64,000 nucleotides of DNA from the NCBI GenBank assembly GCA_963762115.1, contig CAVXJH010000006.1, positions 32,001-96,000 on the forward strand. The letters run 5' to 3'. Position 1 is the stretch's first letter. Each line of letters begins with the position of its first letter. The position numbers and the translations under genes are program-made. The notes under the pieces are model-generated. The model was not told where the DNA came from, made no database searches, and saw nothing but the letters and a program-made list of their open reading frames with translations. This DNA is from Candidatus Babeliales bacterium. Lineage in GTDB: Bacteria > Babelota > Babeliae > Babelales > JANWKD01. Shown here one piece after another: positions 31,231-41,650 of the stretch.

Positions 31231-31491
31231 TTAATCCTTTAAGGAAGTTTTGATTACTGAAATATATGGAAAAATATCATAATTTCCACCTTTTCTGCGA
31301 GGGCTTTCATAAGCGATTTCACCATTTTCTGCTTTTTGAATAGTAATTTTATTATGTATTACTTGAGCTTTTTTATAAACAGATAGACTATGATAATCTT
31401 GTTTTTTAATATTTTTATTTTGTTCTTTACCTGCTATTTTAGAATAATTTACCAATAAAAGAATTGATAAAGCTATAAAAATTTTTTTCAT
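31231..31491 (-). CDS. Small secreted hypothetical protein
   Basis: Signal MKKIFIALSILLL. Confidence 0.45.
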   Translation of the reverse strand: MKKIFIALSILLLVNYSKIAGKEQNKNIKKQDYHSLSVYKKAQVIHNKITIQKAENGEIAYESPRRKGGNYDIFPYISVIKTSLKD

Positions 31492-31689
31492 ACTGACCCT
31501 TAAAAATAATTTCATAATTTATAAAAATATTGTGCTTTTATTTTACTTTATTTATAAAAAAACTCTATAAAAAATCGACACGTTTAGCATGGATATATTC
31601 TGTAGCTGCCTATTTTTTGTATTCTTTTTGAATTGTGATAGAAATATGATTAAATAGATTCAATCTTTTATGTAGTAGAGGAAAATAGA

Positions 31690-33339
31690 ATGAAATTCAT
31701 GCATGTCATTTGCTATAACTTTTTTTTCATACTCAATATAGTCAGCATATCATTATCCATGGAGCAACAAACTGAGCAAACAAGTCTTGCTCGTTTACCT
31801 GAAGAAGTTTCAATGATGATTGCTACACCCCATTTAATAAACAATGATTTTAAAACAACCTTACAACAACATCTTACCTTGGCTTTAGTTGATAAATATT
31901 GTTCTCGTATATTTTTATCTCCTACTTCAATTTGCGCAATGGTAAATAACTATTGTAATTTATATGGTTCACAAGAATTATTAAAAACTATTCGCTCTCA
32001 TTTTGATGCCAACCCTCAAAAATTAAACCTCATGAATTTTTTAATAACTAAGGGAATAGATCTTGATAAACTAAAAGATAGTGAAGGAACAGGCTTATTT
32101 TTATATGCCGCATCAAAAAAATACAATAATGTAGTTATACTTTTAGCACAAGCAAAAGCAGATATTAATCAAAGTAGTATAATCGAAAAAATACAAATTA
32201 ATGCTTTATTCTGTGCCGCATCTGACAATAATACTGAACTAATACGCTATTTACTTGATCATAACATTGACACATCATATTATACAGGGGCAATAAAAAA
32301 AGCTCTTGTTAAAAATGCTGCTGAAAGTGCATGCCTCATCCTTAATCACCCACAAGCTATTTTTTGCCAAGACATATTAAACACTTTTTTACCCTACACT
32401 CAAGCTCAAGATAATGTTGCTCTCTTAAAGGCTTTAAAATCAAAAGGAGCTGATCTTTTTTCTATCATAGATGAACATAATAACTCTTTATTATGCCTAG
32501 CAGCATGTCATGGCCATGAAAAATGTGTTGAATTTCTTCTTAATGAAGGACTACCTATTGATCATCAAGGATTAGAAAATTATTCTCCATTACTATTGGT
32601 TGCTAGAAACAATCAAAGCAATGTTTTTGATCTTTTGCTTGAAAGAGGCGCTAATCCTGAAATCCGTTCTTCAAGCGGCGATACAGCAATAATATTAACC
32701 AGTTGTTTTGGTACCGAGCAAATGGTGCAAAATTTATTAAGGCATCATGCAGACCCACATACTGCTAATCTAAACGGAATAAATGCATTAATAGGAGCTG
32801 CTATGCGAGGAAACACAGAAAATGTAAAATTATTACTGGCTCAAGGTGTTAATCCTAATCATATTACTCCTCAAGGCCAATGTGCTTTGAATCAAGCAGC
32901 CAATGCAGGATATGCGAAAGTTATTAAAAGATTAATAAAAGGTGGAGCTGATTGGAATACACAAGGCAATTTTAATCAGACACCATTAATCCTTGCAAGT
33001 TGGAAAAATCATGAAAGAGTTGTCAAAATTTTATTAAAACATCAACCACTTCTTGAAATTAAAGAAGGTCATGGTTTGACTGCATTAGGCATAGCAAGCG
33101 CAGAAGGAAATACCGAAATTGTAAAATGTCTTTTAGCAGCAGGTGCCAATAAAAATACCCAAGATAATGCCGGCGAAACGCCTTTATGGTCAGCAGCAAA
33201 AAATAATCATGTAGCAATTGTTTCATTATTACTTGAGCATGGAGCAGATAGAACTATGCCTGATAATAATGGAATCACGCCATTATCAATAGCTTCTCAA
33301 CGGGGAAACACAGAAATTGAAAAAATGCTCAATAATTAA
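31690..33339 (+). CDS. Secreted ankyrin-repeat protein with N-terminal F-box-like motif
   Basis: Signal ending SLS-ME, LARLPEEVSMMI, multiple ankyrin repeats. Confidence 0.88.
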   Translation: MKFMHVICYNFFFILNIVSISLSMEQQTEQTSLARLPEEVSMMIATPHLINNDFKTTLQQHLTLALVDKYCSRIFLSPTSICAMVNNYCNLYGSQELLKTIRSHFDANPQKLNLMNFLITKGIDLDKLKDSEGTGLFLYAASKKYNNVVILLAQAKADINQSSIIEKIQINALFCAASDNNTELIRYLLDHNIDTSYYTGAIKKALVKNAAESACLILNHPQAIFCQDILNTFLPYTQAQDNVALLKALKSKGADLFSIIDEHNNSLLCLAACHGHEKCVEFLLNEGLPIDHQGLENYSPLLLVARNNQSNVFDLLLERGANPEIRSSSGDTAIILTSCFGTEQMVQNLLRHHADPHTANLNGINALIGAAMRGNTENVKLLLAQGVNPNHITPQGQCALNQAANAGYAKVIKRLIKGGADWNTQGNFNQTPLILASWKNHERVVKILLKHQPLLEIKEGHGLTALGIASAEGNTEIVKCLLAAGANKNTQDNAGETPLWSAAKNNHVAIVSLLLEHGADRTMPDNNGITPLSIASQRGNTEIEKMLNN

Positions 33340-33518
33340 AGATAAAACTATGGCACTAGTAACCTCCATTTTGATGAGCTAAAAATTCTCAAAAAAGTGA
33401 ACTTTTTTATGTGTTAATTCGTGTGTTGAATTGACAAAAAAACAACGTATGAAATACTTGAACAGCTTATTTTAAAGCACTTTTGATAATAATTATTTTT
33501 TTTTGAAAGATTTTAGGC

Positions 33519-34805
33519 ATGATTAATTTCAAACAATATACTTTACTTATATGCATACATATTTTTTTTGTTCCTCAATTTTCGAATGCAATGGAACTTA
33601 TCATACCCGAAGAAAAGCCTAATGATACAAAACAAGAAAAACCACAAGAAATTAAACAACCTCTTTCATTAAAACAATGTTGTTTTGATGGACTGCTCAA
33701 AGAAGAAAATAAGGAAAAAGTAGCCCTTCAACTTCAAAAAACTGTTTTGCCAACAGAACTGATGCAAGAATTTACTAGTGAAGTTGGTCAAAAAGGGTCT
33801 GTTGCTTATATTACACATATTGCACCCGCATTGCCTCAAACCGTTTATCCTGATATAGGCTTAGAACTTTTATGTTCACGTGTCGATGACAAAGCGCAGC
33901 GAAAAAACAGTATAGAAGCGTTATTAAAACACACAAATGATAATGAGCCTATTACTTCAATTTTACATGGTATACATGCATGCCTTGATACGATACAGGG
34001 TGAAAGTAGCACAAAAAAAGAATTATTTATGATGGGTGCAAGTCATCCTTTTGTGCATGCAACATTTCTTAATTTCTTATTTTCAAAGGGTATTGCTCCC
34101 GATGAAAATGCTCTTGAAATATATCTTAATGCTCTTGAGATTGAACGTCCAAAAATAATGATAAAGTTTCTAAATAATATAAAAACTAATCAAGATTTTT
34201 TTGATGATATATTACAAAAAGAATTTTTCAAAAAAAGGTTTATGCATCTTTCGTCCGATGATATACAAAGGTCCTTTGCCCTACGTAATTCCTATAATGG
34301 GGCATATAAAAATGTAGAGAAGTTATTACAAGTCGGGCTTCGTCCAAATCCTACAGGGATAAACTTTTGTGTCATAGATTATAATTCTTACTTCGTCGAT
34401 AAGGAGACCGTTTTTAAGCATTTTTTAAATAAATTAACAGCATTGCGGGGCGAGCGTCAATTAAATCTTGAATATTTAACTATGGCTCTTGATGATTTTT
34501 TTGGTTTAGAAATAGACGAAGATACCTTTGCAATTATAGATACCATTCGTAATTTTTACCGAGATAAGCCAGAACATACTAATATTTCCTATCTCAAAAC
34601 AGAACTTAAAGATCACCCATTCGCTCAAAAAATGCCTTTATTTGAGCAAATGATCGTGGAAACCACTGAATTTTATCATGATATACTGCGCCTTCTTATG
34701 CCCTATTGCAAAAACGAACTGCAACAGCATAAAGAAGATCTCGAAGAAGAATTTCAGATGTCATTAGAAGAATTAGAAAAATTGTGTGATGATCAAAAAA
34801 AGTAA
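33519..34805 (+). CDS. Secreted hypothetical protein with BC-box-like motif
   Basis: Signal ending SNA-ME; PLSLKQCC..LPTEL. Confidence 0.7.
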   Translation: MINFKQYTLLICIHIFFVPQFSNAMELIIPEEKPNDTKQEKPQEIKQPLSLKQCCFDGLLKEENKEKVALQLQKTVLPTELMQEFTSEVGQKGSVAYITHIAPALPQTVYPDIGLELLCSRVDDKAQRKNSIEALLKHTNDNEPITSILHGIHACLDTIQGESSTKKELFMMGASHPFVHATFLNFLFSKGIAPDENALEIYLNALEIERPKIMIKFLNNIKTNQDFFDDILQKEFFKKRFMHLSSDDIQRSFALRNSYNGAYKNVEKLLQVGLRPNPTGINFCVIDYNSYFVDKETVFKHFLNKLTALRGERQLNLEYLTMALDDFFGLEIDEDTFAIIDTIRNFYRDKPEHTNISYLKTELKDHPFAQKMPLFEQMIVETTEFYHDILRLLMPYCKNELQQHKEDLEEEFQMSLEELEKLCDDQKK

Positions 34806-34824
34806 TTTCAAAGTTATGCGTTTA

Positions 34825-35202
34825 TTAAGAATTCTTCAATGAAGATGCAAGACTATACGATCTCTTTTTTTTAGATGGGTCCGCTACAACAAAAAACTCA
34901 TTTTCCGTCCATTGTTGACATAATGCACGCGCTGTTCTTGGTTGAATATGGAATGCTTTTTCAACATCATGCGCGGTGATAAATTTTTTCTTCTTAAAAA
35001 ATTGAACTGCTTTTCGCTGACGAACATCAAAATAAGGTAACTTCTTAGAAGCATTAGAGAGATCACTTTGCTCAACAATTTTAGCAACTTCTTCTAATGT
35101 TAAACGATTACCTGACATGCGAGTAGAATAATAAATAGATTCGATACGAGCGATTTTTTTTAAGTGCGCAAGCGTGACTGGATCATCGTTATCTTCAAAC
35201 AT
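34825..35202 (-). CDS. Fic-family derivative lacking the catalytic core (Fic N-terminal helix fused to wHTH)
   Basis: SIYYSTRMSGNRLTLEEV joined directly to RQRKAVQFF..ITAHDV..PRTAR..RSYSL; no HPFxxGNGR. Confidence 0.65.
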   Translation of the reverse strand: MFEDNDDPVTLAHLKKIARIESIYYSTRMSGNRLTLEEVAKIVEQSDLSNASKKLPYFDVRQRKAVQFFKKKKFITAHDVEKAFHIQPRTARALCQQWTENEFFVVADPSKKKRSYSLASSLKNS

Positions 35203-35214
35203 TCTTTTTTCCTT

Positions 35215-35254
35215 ATGCCATTAACATGCCATTATTATGCCATTAAATGCCATT
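35215..35254. promoter_or_regulatory. Four phased ATGCCATT direct repeats upstream of the Fic-wHTH gene
   Basis: Copies start at 35215, 35226, 35237, 35247 (10-11 bp period). Confidence 0.65.
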
Positions 35255-35382
35255 AAAAATCAAGTATTCTTTTTTTTAAAAAACTATGTATTGATCGAAT
35301 TTAAACCAAAAGATTTTTTTAGAGATCATGAAGTAAAATTTTAGATTGTTTATAAGGCTCATCACCAAAACTATGATAATAA

Positions 35383-36339
35383 TCAACAATAAAGTGGCGG
35401 TAAGATCTTATGCCAAAAAGATGACGGTAGCCGATTTTTTAGCTCTTTTTCTGCCTTTTTCAATTTATAAATTCGCCAAGCCAACTTCATGCGAGCATGA
35501 TTTGTTGGATGTGTCGCAGTAGGATCATAATTATGAGGAGCTATTGTTATAAAATTCTTCTCAGCAAGAGCTCTTGCACACTCAAACGAATCACTACACG
35601 CCCCCAGAATGATGTCAGCTTCAGTTTCTATCGCACGGTTAAACTTATTAAATTCTTTATTATCTTTAGGAAATTTATCAATGTTCAATTGGTCCATTAT
35701 TTCATTTTTAACAAGATATGTTTCTAAGTAATGTTCTGCATAAATATGTTGCTCTTCATGCAGGAGAATACCTTTTCTGGTTAAGCGTTTTTCTTGTTTA
35801 AAAAAATCATCAAGATATAAATGCGATGAAGGCTCGGCTGTTAAGGTTGACTCTGAATTTTTGTCTGAATAATCTGCTACAAAATCTCTTGTAACTCCGG
35901 TAGATTTTGTATGTTTATCTTTCCTAAATTCTACAGAAAAATGAGCAGAGAAGTGATCTTCAACTTCCTTTATTAGCTCAGAAGGGAAATCTTCATGAAT
36001 ATGAACTATGAGGACATGGTCAGATTTTTTAGGTTTAATTTTTTCTATAAATTCTTCAACTTTAGAAATACCTTCTTGAGTGAGATATTTATTATCTTTT
36101 AAAAGCGTTAATGCCTTTTGTTTTTTTTCTTTAACAAGATTCCATGCACATTCACATGCAGAAAGATCATTTTCAAGCAGAAGTTGCGCTAATTTTTTAT
36201 ATTCAGATTCCGGAGCATTGATATCTATCTTTTTTATTCTTCGGCAAAAATGATAAGGCTTTTCTCTTTTTTTCTCCATCGCTTGTAGAGATAAACAAAA
36301 TAGAAAAATATATATAAGAAATATTTTCTTATTTTTCAT
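35383..36339 (-). CDS. Secreted M48-like metallopeptidase
   Basis: Signal ending LQA-ME, LLHEEQH, ETEAD, THPTNHAR. Confidence 0.7.
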   Translation of the reverse strand: MKNKKIFLIYIFLFCLSLQAMEKKREKPYHFCRRIKKIDINAPESEYKKLAQLLLENDLSACECAWNLVKEKKQKALTLLKDNKYLTQEGISKVEEFIEKIKPKKSDHVLIVHIHEDFPSELIKEVEDHFSAHFSVEFRKDKHTKSTGVTRDFVADYSDKNSESTLTAEPSSHLYLDDFFKQEKRLTRKGILLHEEQHIYAEHYLETYLVKNEIMDQLNIDKFPKDNKEFNKFNRAIETEADIILGACSDSFECARALAEKNFITIAPHNYDPTATHPTNHARMKLAWRIYKLKKAEKELKNRLPSSFWHKILPPLYC

Positions 36340-36889
36340 TTGAATCATTAAAGTGTGACTTTAAGTGCCATCCGATTGCGATTCCACCTACTGTTCCCAA
36401 TAAGCCAAGTCCAGCAATAATGCCAAATTTTCTTTTTTGTGCTTTTTCACCTTCTTTTAAAGCCTCAAAAAAGTAATCGCATCCATCAGAAAATTGTTTA
36501 AAGGCCACAGCAGAATCATTTCTGCTTGATCTTTGTATGCCGGTAACATTATCTTCTATAATTAATTCGGCAACAGGCAAAATAGATAAATCATTGAATG
36601 CTTTGATTTCTTTTCTAGCGTTTAAATACATTTCAAAGAATTTATTACGTTGAGCGCTAAAATTTTTTTTTACTTCTTTTAATTCTTGAGCTGTTAAATT
36701 ATTAACTTCTTCTTTTAGTATCGCCGAATTATGAAAATTATTTGTTCTTGTTGTTTGTAACAAATTTTTTGAATTCCGGGTTAATAAATTTAATCCCGCA
36801 CGTTGATTTCTAATGCGTTGCATGCAAATGATTGGAGAAATTGTTGTTGCTAAAATTAATGAAAAAAATAACTTATTTTTTAAGTTCAT
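36329..36889 (-). CDS. Secreted hypothetical protein with C-terminal TM helix
   Basis: Signal peptide; GIIAGLGLLGTVGGIAIGW. Confidence 0.65.
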   Translation of the reverse strand: MNLKNKLFFSLILATTISPIICMQRIRNQRAGLNLLTRNSKNLLQTTRTNNFHNSAILKEEVNNLTAQELKEVKKNFSAQRNKFFEMYLNARKEIKAFNDLSILPVAELIIEDNVTGIQRSSRNDSAVAFKQFSDGCDYFFEALKEGEKAQKRKFGIIAGLGLLGTVGGIAIGWHLKSHFNDSNEK

Positions 36890-37128
36890 AAAGTGACCCC
36901 TAATGCAGATTTCTTTTAAATATAAACTATGTAATTATACTAAATTTCTCAAAAAAATTAAAGTTTGATTCAATTTTTTTCATACTGTTTTGGCTATTTC
37001 GCACATTCAATTGGCATTATATATTTTATTAAGAACTTCACTAATGATCAAGTTGACAAATTTGTGGTTTTTGATATCTTATACAAAGATAACTATTTTT
37101 ATCGTAAAATTATCTTTTGGAGGTCTCA

Positions 37129-37521
37129 ATGAAAACTAAACTTAATCTCTGTATGCTCTTATTATTAGGAGCAACAATAAACGGTGTAAAAGCCATGGAA
37201 ACACAAAAAAAAGCTCAAACAAAAACAACTACTTGTGCAAAATTTCTTTATAGCCATCCTTGGCTTAGCTCTGTAGCTACGAACGTGATAGCATTTGCTG
37301 CAAGCTGGCGCTTTAATAAGCGATTCCATACTTATGCAAATTATGAGCTTAACCTCAAAGAGGGGGCTACTGCTCTTGTTTATCTTCCCTTTGTTACCCT
37401 TCCTGTTTGTGCAACTATTTTTAAGCGATTTGGTCACAACCGCCTGATATCTTCAGGAACGCTACATCACAAGAAAAAAATACATTCAATTTGCAAGCCA
37501 GGATGTAAAGAGCCTTCTTAA
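37129..37521 (+). CDS. Secreted/membrane hypothetical protein
   Basis: RBS GGAGG, signal ending VKA-ME, two hydrophobic segments. Confidence 0.6.
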   Translation: MKTKLNLCMLLLLGATINGVKAMETQKKAQTKTTTCAKFLYSHPWLSSVATNVIAFAASWRFNKRFHTYANYELNLKEGATALVYLPFVTLPVCATIFKRFGHNRLISSGTLHHKKKIHSICKPGCKEPS

Positions 37522-37679
37522 ACAGTTCTGAATTTAAGGGTCTATTCCTAAATTCGCCAAAATTGATTAAAAAAACTAAAATCTCCCTAATTTCAACTTA
37601 AAAGAAGAAAAAAGGGAGATTTTTTTATATGTACGAGAAAAAAAATGCTATAAAATATGCATTAATAAACAATACTTAT

Positions 37680-38069
37680 TTATGCATCAGCTTTTTTTAT
37701 ATTGTATTTTAATGCAATCTCTGTTTGTTTAATTTTATGCAGATTAAGATCCTTCATCTTTTTCAAAGATTCAGCACGCTCTTCAGGGGTCATCGATTGG
37801 TCAGCATTTAATATTTCAAGCTCTTCAATGTCAGCATTCATTGATTCAATTTTTGCTGCTATTTTTTCTTGTGTTGAAGAAAAACGGTATCGTGCACCTT
37901 GATATATTTTATAACCGCCATATGATACAGTGCCTACGGTAACGGTTCCAAAACCTGCAATAAAAATCGCTGCGCCAGTAAGCATATCGTTAAATAATCC
38001 ACCATGAGCACATGCATTGTTTGCACACAAACTCAACATCAACAGTAATAATATGCTATTTTTTTTCAT
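37680..38069 (-). CDS. Small secreted/membrane hypothetical protein
   Basis: Signal peptide, Gly-rich TM, coiled coil. Confidence 0.6.
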   Translation of the reverse strand: MKKNSILLLLMLSLCANNACAHGGLFNDMLTGAAIFIAGFGTVTVGTVSYGGYKIYQGARYRFSSTQEKIAAKIESMNADIEELEILNADQSMTPEERAESLKKMKDLNLHKIKQTEIALKYNIKKADA

Positions 38070-38400
38070 TTTTTCCCTTATAGTTTTGCTTTTCTTCATT
38101 CATAAGTTTCTTAATTTCTAAAAGCAACTGATATTTCATTTCTAAAAGTGTTTTGTCATAAGATTTTTTTTTAGTATGAATTTGGTACGTATTATGCACA
38201 GCACCCGCAATTAAGCCTGCAGTGCCAACATAAAGTATTGCTAAAGCAACTTTTACTTCATCAATCGAGGAAACGACTAGACCCGCAACAGATCCATTTG
38301 CATTGCCGTATAGCGATGCGGTTAGATCAAAAAAAGATGCTTTTGCATTGCCATATAACAATAAAGAAAGCATAACTATTAAAATTTTATCTTTTTTCAT
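38056..38400 (-). CDS. Small secreted/membrane hypothetical protein
   Basis: Signal peptide and TM; operon with neighbours. Confidence 0.6.
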   Translation of the reverse strand: MKKDKILIVMLSLLLYGNAKASFFDLTASLYGNANGSVAGLVVSSIDEVKVALAILYVGTAGLIAGAVHNTYQIHTKKKSYDKTLLEMKYQLLLEIKKLMNEEKQNYKGKNEKK

Positions 38401-38415
38401 TGTAGCCTTTTAAAC

Positions 38416-39303
38416 TTACTTCTCTTCACTCATATATTTCTTTAATGTTTCAAGTTGCTCTTCTGTTAATTGATTTTTTGGAATAAATGTTTCAAAAATA
38501 ACACTTCCAGACCCATCTTTGAAATAGCGTGGATTGAGCGATTTTGTATTATTATCAAACAAAATAACAGAATCTAACGCACTAGTTCTTTGTATTTCTG
38601 AAAGTAAATAGATATTTAAAAGAGATGAAGATTGCGCATTAATGATTGAATTTTCAAATTCTTCCTTCTCAAATCCAATTCTTGTTGAAATTTTAACATA
38701 TGAATCTTCCATATAAACGCTCATTCTAAGCGGAGAATTTCTTAGCGATATTTCAAAACTAGAGAACGAGTAGTGTTGGACAGAATAAGAATCTAATACA
38801 TCATTACCAAAAAGAGTATCTAAAATTTTCTTAGTAACTTCATTTTTTTTAGAAGGCTTTTTTAAACGTTTTGTTTTACAATCAATATGCCCCTGACCTG
38901 CCGTATCCTTATAAAACATGCCTTTATAACAAGTAGTATTTTCATCTACGATAAAATTTGTTTTTGAACTTGGAGGACCATAAGCTCTAAAAATTCTAGC
39001 TTTTATTGAATCTTTTTCAGTTTCAAGAAACTTATTTTCATCAATTTCCTCTTTTCTACCATTAAGTTCGGTTTCTATAACATTACTATCCTTATCATAT
39101 TCCATAAACCCAAATGAGGTATAAACTCTACCACAAGAGCCATCTTTTTCTAATTTCTTTCTGTTTCTCTCTTTGTTACATTCTCCAAAATATTGCTCAT
39201 TAATAAGTTCAGAAATCTGATCTAATTCTTGCGCATCATTTTCTGCTTGCATCATGAAATTCATTGACGCCATTACTATCAAAATTAAAAAATAACGTTT
39301 CAT
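38416..39303 (-). CDS. Secreted hypothetical protein
   Basis: Signal peptide ending MQA, RBS AAAGG. Confidence 0.7.
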   Translation of the reverse strand: MKRYFLILIVMASMNFMMQAENDAQELDQISELINEQYFGECNKERNRKKLEKDGSCGRVYTSFGFMEYDKDSNVIETELNGRKEEIDENKFLETEKDSIKARIFRAYGPPSSKTNFIVDENTTCYKGMFYKDTAGQGHIDCKTKRLKKPSKKNEVTKKILDTLFGNDVLDSYSVQHYSFSSFEISLRNSPLRMSVYMEDSYVKISTRIGFEKEEFENSIINAQSSSLLNIYLLSEIQRTSALDSVILFDNNTKSLNPRYFKDGSGSVIFETFIPKNQLTEEQLETLKKYMSEEK

Positions 39304-39558
39304 CTTAACCTTTCAAACAAATCTGTTTTAAATCACCCTATTAATTATATCTCAATGTGAACAAAAGACAACCCGGTAAATCATTATTATTTTTAAAATT
39401 TTTTCTATTATAAATTATAAAAAGGCGCACTAGTTGGAATTTTGAATAATACTACGAAGAAAAGACTCATAATGACCATACAAATTGACAATTTTACTAA
39501 ATATATTTACTATAATTATATATATTATTATTTCAAAATAATTATCAAAAGGAAATAA

Positions 39559-40263
39559 ATGAATTTAATCCGAACAATATTTTTATCATTATCATTTCTA
39601 TCATTAATAATGATGACAACCAGCAATGCTCATCAGTGCTCAACGTATAGCATTTCATATGAAGAAACTTGCAACATCATTCCAAGCTGCCCTCAATGCA
39701 ATAAAGTCATTCTTGGCCACAATTTTTGTTGCAACTTTAATAGATTTTTAAGCCAACACAAAAGAAACTATCAACAAGCATTTCTCGATGCCGCACAACG
39801 TGGTTACACTGAATATTTAGAACTGCTTATCAACTTGGGCGCCGATGTAGATTGCTATGCTACGGTAAACGGTTATAACGATTATGATGGCAAAACTGCC
39901 TTAATGTGCGCAGCACAATATGGTCATGTGGAAACATGCAGGTTGTTGCTCCAGCTTGGCGCTTATGTTAATGCTTGCACCAATTGGGGTTCAACGCCAC
40001 TTATGTGGGCAGCGCAATTTGGACACCTTAATGTGTGTCGATTACTAATCGATGCAGGTGCTCATGTTAATGTTTATACTTATTCTGGCAATCGAACAGC
40101 TTATTCTTATGCAAAAGATTCTGGACATTCATCAGTGTGCACTTTATTGGTTGGTGCCGGCGCTACACCAAACTATGAAAGTTCAGTCTTTAGTTTGCCC
40201 AATTGTTTGGTAACTGGCCTAGCTTGTTATGGTGCTTATCAATTATTTTTTGGTAAAAAATAA
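39559..40263 (+). CDS. Secreted ankyrin-repeat protein with Cys/His-rich N-terminus
   Basis: GKTALMCAA, GSTPLMWAA repeats; CPQC..H..CC; hydrophobic C-terminus. Confidence 0.85.
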   Translation: MNLIRTIFLSLSFLSLIMMTTSNAHQCSTYSISYEETCNIIPSCPQCNKVILGHNFCCNFNRFLSQHKRNYQQAFLDAAQRGYTEYLELLINLGADVDCYATVNGYNDYDGKTALMCAAQYGHVETCRLLLQLGAYVNACTNWGSTPLMWAAQFGHLNVCRLLIDAGAHVNVYTYSGNRTAYSYAKDSGHSSVCTLLVGAGATPNYESSVFSLPNCLVTGLACYGAYQLFFGKK

Positions 40264-40272
40264 AAAAATATC

Positions 40273-40734
40273 TTATATCTTTTTGCACATACTAAAAGTA
40301 ACAAAAATCATACCTTTATGTTTTTTTTCTTGTTGTGCAACAACACAAAAGCCTTTGGCTTCAAAAAATGGTTTGGCTGTAATACTCGCTTCAGTCGTCA
40401 GTTCATGCAAACTTAATTTTTTTGCTTCTTGTTCCAGTTGCTCAAAAATTATTGAACCAACTTTTTTTCCCTGAAAGTCTTTATGCACATAAAGATGATC
40501 AATACAACCCTCTTTGGTCATATCACCAAAACCGGCAATCACACCATCTATTTCAGCAACATAGCAACTATGTTCTTCTAATCTTTTTTCCCAGTAAGAT
40601 TCATCACGATCTTTTGGTGCCCAAGCTTCAAGATGTTCTGGAGAATAATCTTTTGCATTAACGGTGTGAACAGTATCATAAAAAAGCTGGTTAATTTGAG
40701 CAAAATCAGATTTTTGATATTTTCTAATGTTCAT
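40273..40734 (-). CDS. GNAT acetyltransferase (YafP-like)
   Basis: HLYVHKDFQGKKVG, EASITAKPFFEAKGF. Confidence 0.9.
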   Translation of the reverse strand: MNIRKYQKSDFAQINQLFYDTVHTVNAKDYSPEHLEAWAPKDRDESYWEKRLEEHSCYVAEIDGVIAGFGDMTKEGCIDHLYVHKDFQGKKVGSIIFEQLEQEAKKLSLHELTTEASITAKPFFEAKGFCVVAQQEKKHKGMIFVTFSMCKKI

Positions 40735-41190
40735 TTAATGATCCTTTGCATGCGTCCAATTATCTTCAGAATACAAAATTGATTTTGAGATTAATTCAAG
40801 TGCCTTAGCATGACGAGGAATCATATTGTCTGGAAGCTTGTCCAACGGAAACCATTCTAATGCCGCATTCTTGTGCGGTTCTTTATTCTGTATTTCACCT
40901 TGCCACGAACGAATAACAAAAAATAACGCAATGCATGGAGTTTGATCAACGCCATAAAAATGCATAACATGAGCAAATTGTGCATCTTGCTCAGCAATAG
41001 TTATGCCAATTTCTTCAAAAAGTTCTCGCGCAAGAGCTTGTGTTGCTGATTCATCTTGTTCTATTTTTCCACCGAGCAATCCATAATAATTTGAAAACCA
41101 TTCAGTGTTAATGCGGTGCCCCAACAAAACTTCGTTGTTATTATTAACAATTATTGCCAGCACATACGGAAACAACATTTGAAGTAACAT
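40735..41190 (-). CDS. NUDIX hydrolase
   Basis: GGKIEQDESATQALARELFEEIG Nudix box; NKEPHK. Confidence 0.9.
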   Translation of the reverse strand: MLLQMLFPYVLAIIVNNNNEVLLGHRINTEWFSNYYGLLGGKIEQDESATQALARELFEEIGITIAEQDAQFAHVMHFYGVDQTPCIALFFVIRSWQGEIQNKEPHKNAALEWFPLDKLPDNMIPRHAKALELISKSILYSEDNWTHAKDH

Positions 41191-41209
41191 AACCCGTAAT
41201 TCTTTCTTT

Positions 41210-41464
41210 CTAATCAGTAATAGCAAGATAACAGCAAAAACATCCAAGACAAGGCGCCATCACACAGATACTTGCCTTCTCTGTCAACCAATAACAATCT
41301 TCATCTCCCCAGCAGTTACCACAATCTTTTTGATGATTCATGGAAACAGTTGAAGGTCTTTGTTTAGGTTGAATCAATTCTTTTTGTTCTTCTTTATTCA
41401 TGCCTGATAATGACATACATAAAGGTGAAATAATCATACAGATTAAAAATAGTTTCTTTTGCAT
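41210..41464 (-). CDS. Small secreted Cys-rich protein
   Basis: Signal ending LSG-MN, C-terminal CLGCFCC. Confidence 0.55.
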   Translation of the reverse strand: MQKKLFLICMIISPLCMSLSGMNKEEQKELIQPKQRPSTVSMNHQKDCGNCWGDEDCYWLTEKASICVMAPCLGCFCCYLAITD

Positions 41465-41650
41465 AACATTCCTTTTTTTTACTCACCTTAAATCAATGTT
41501 TTTTTTAAGATTCTAGATTAACAAATTGTGTTATGTAATACTATTTTTTCTAGTTTTGCGCAGGGCACACAAGCTTATTGCATTTTTTTATACCGCCAAG
41601 TACAATTGCACAACAATATAAACTTCACATCACACAAGGAATTTTTTGTA

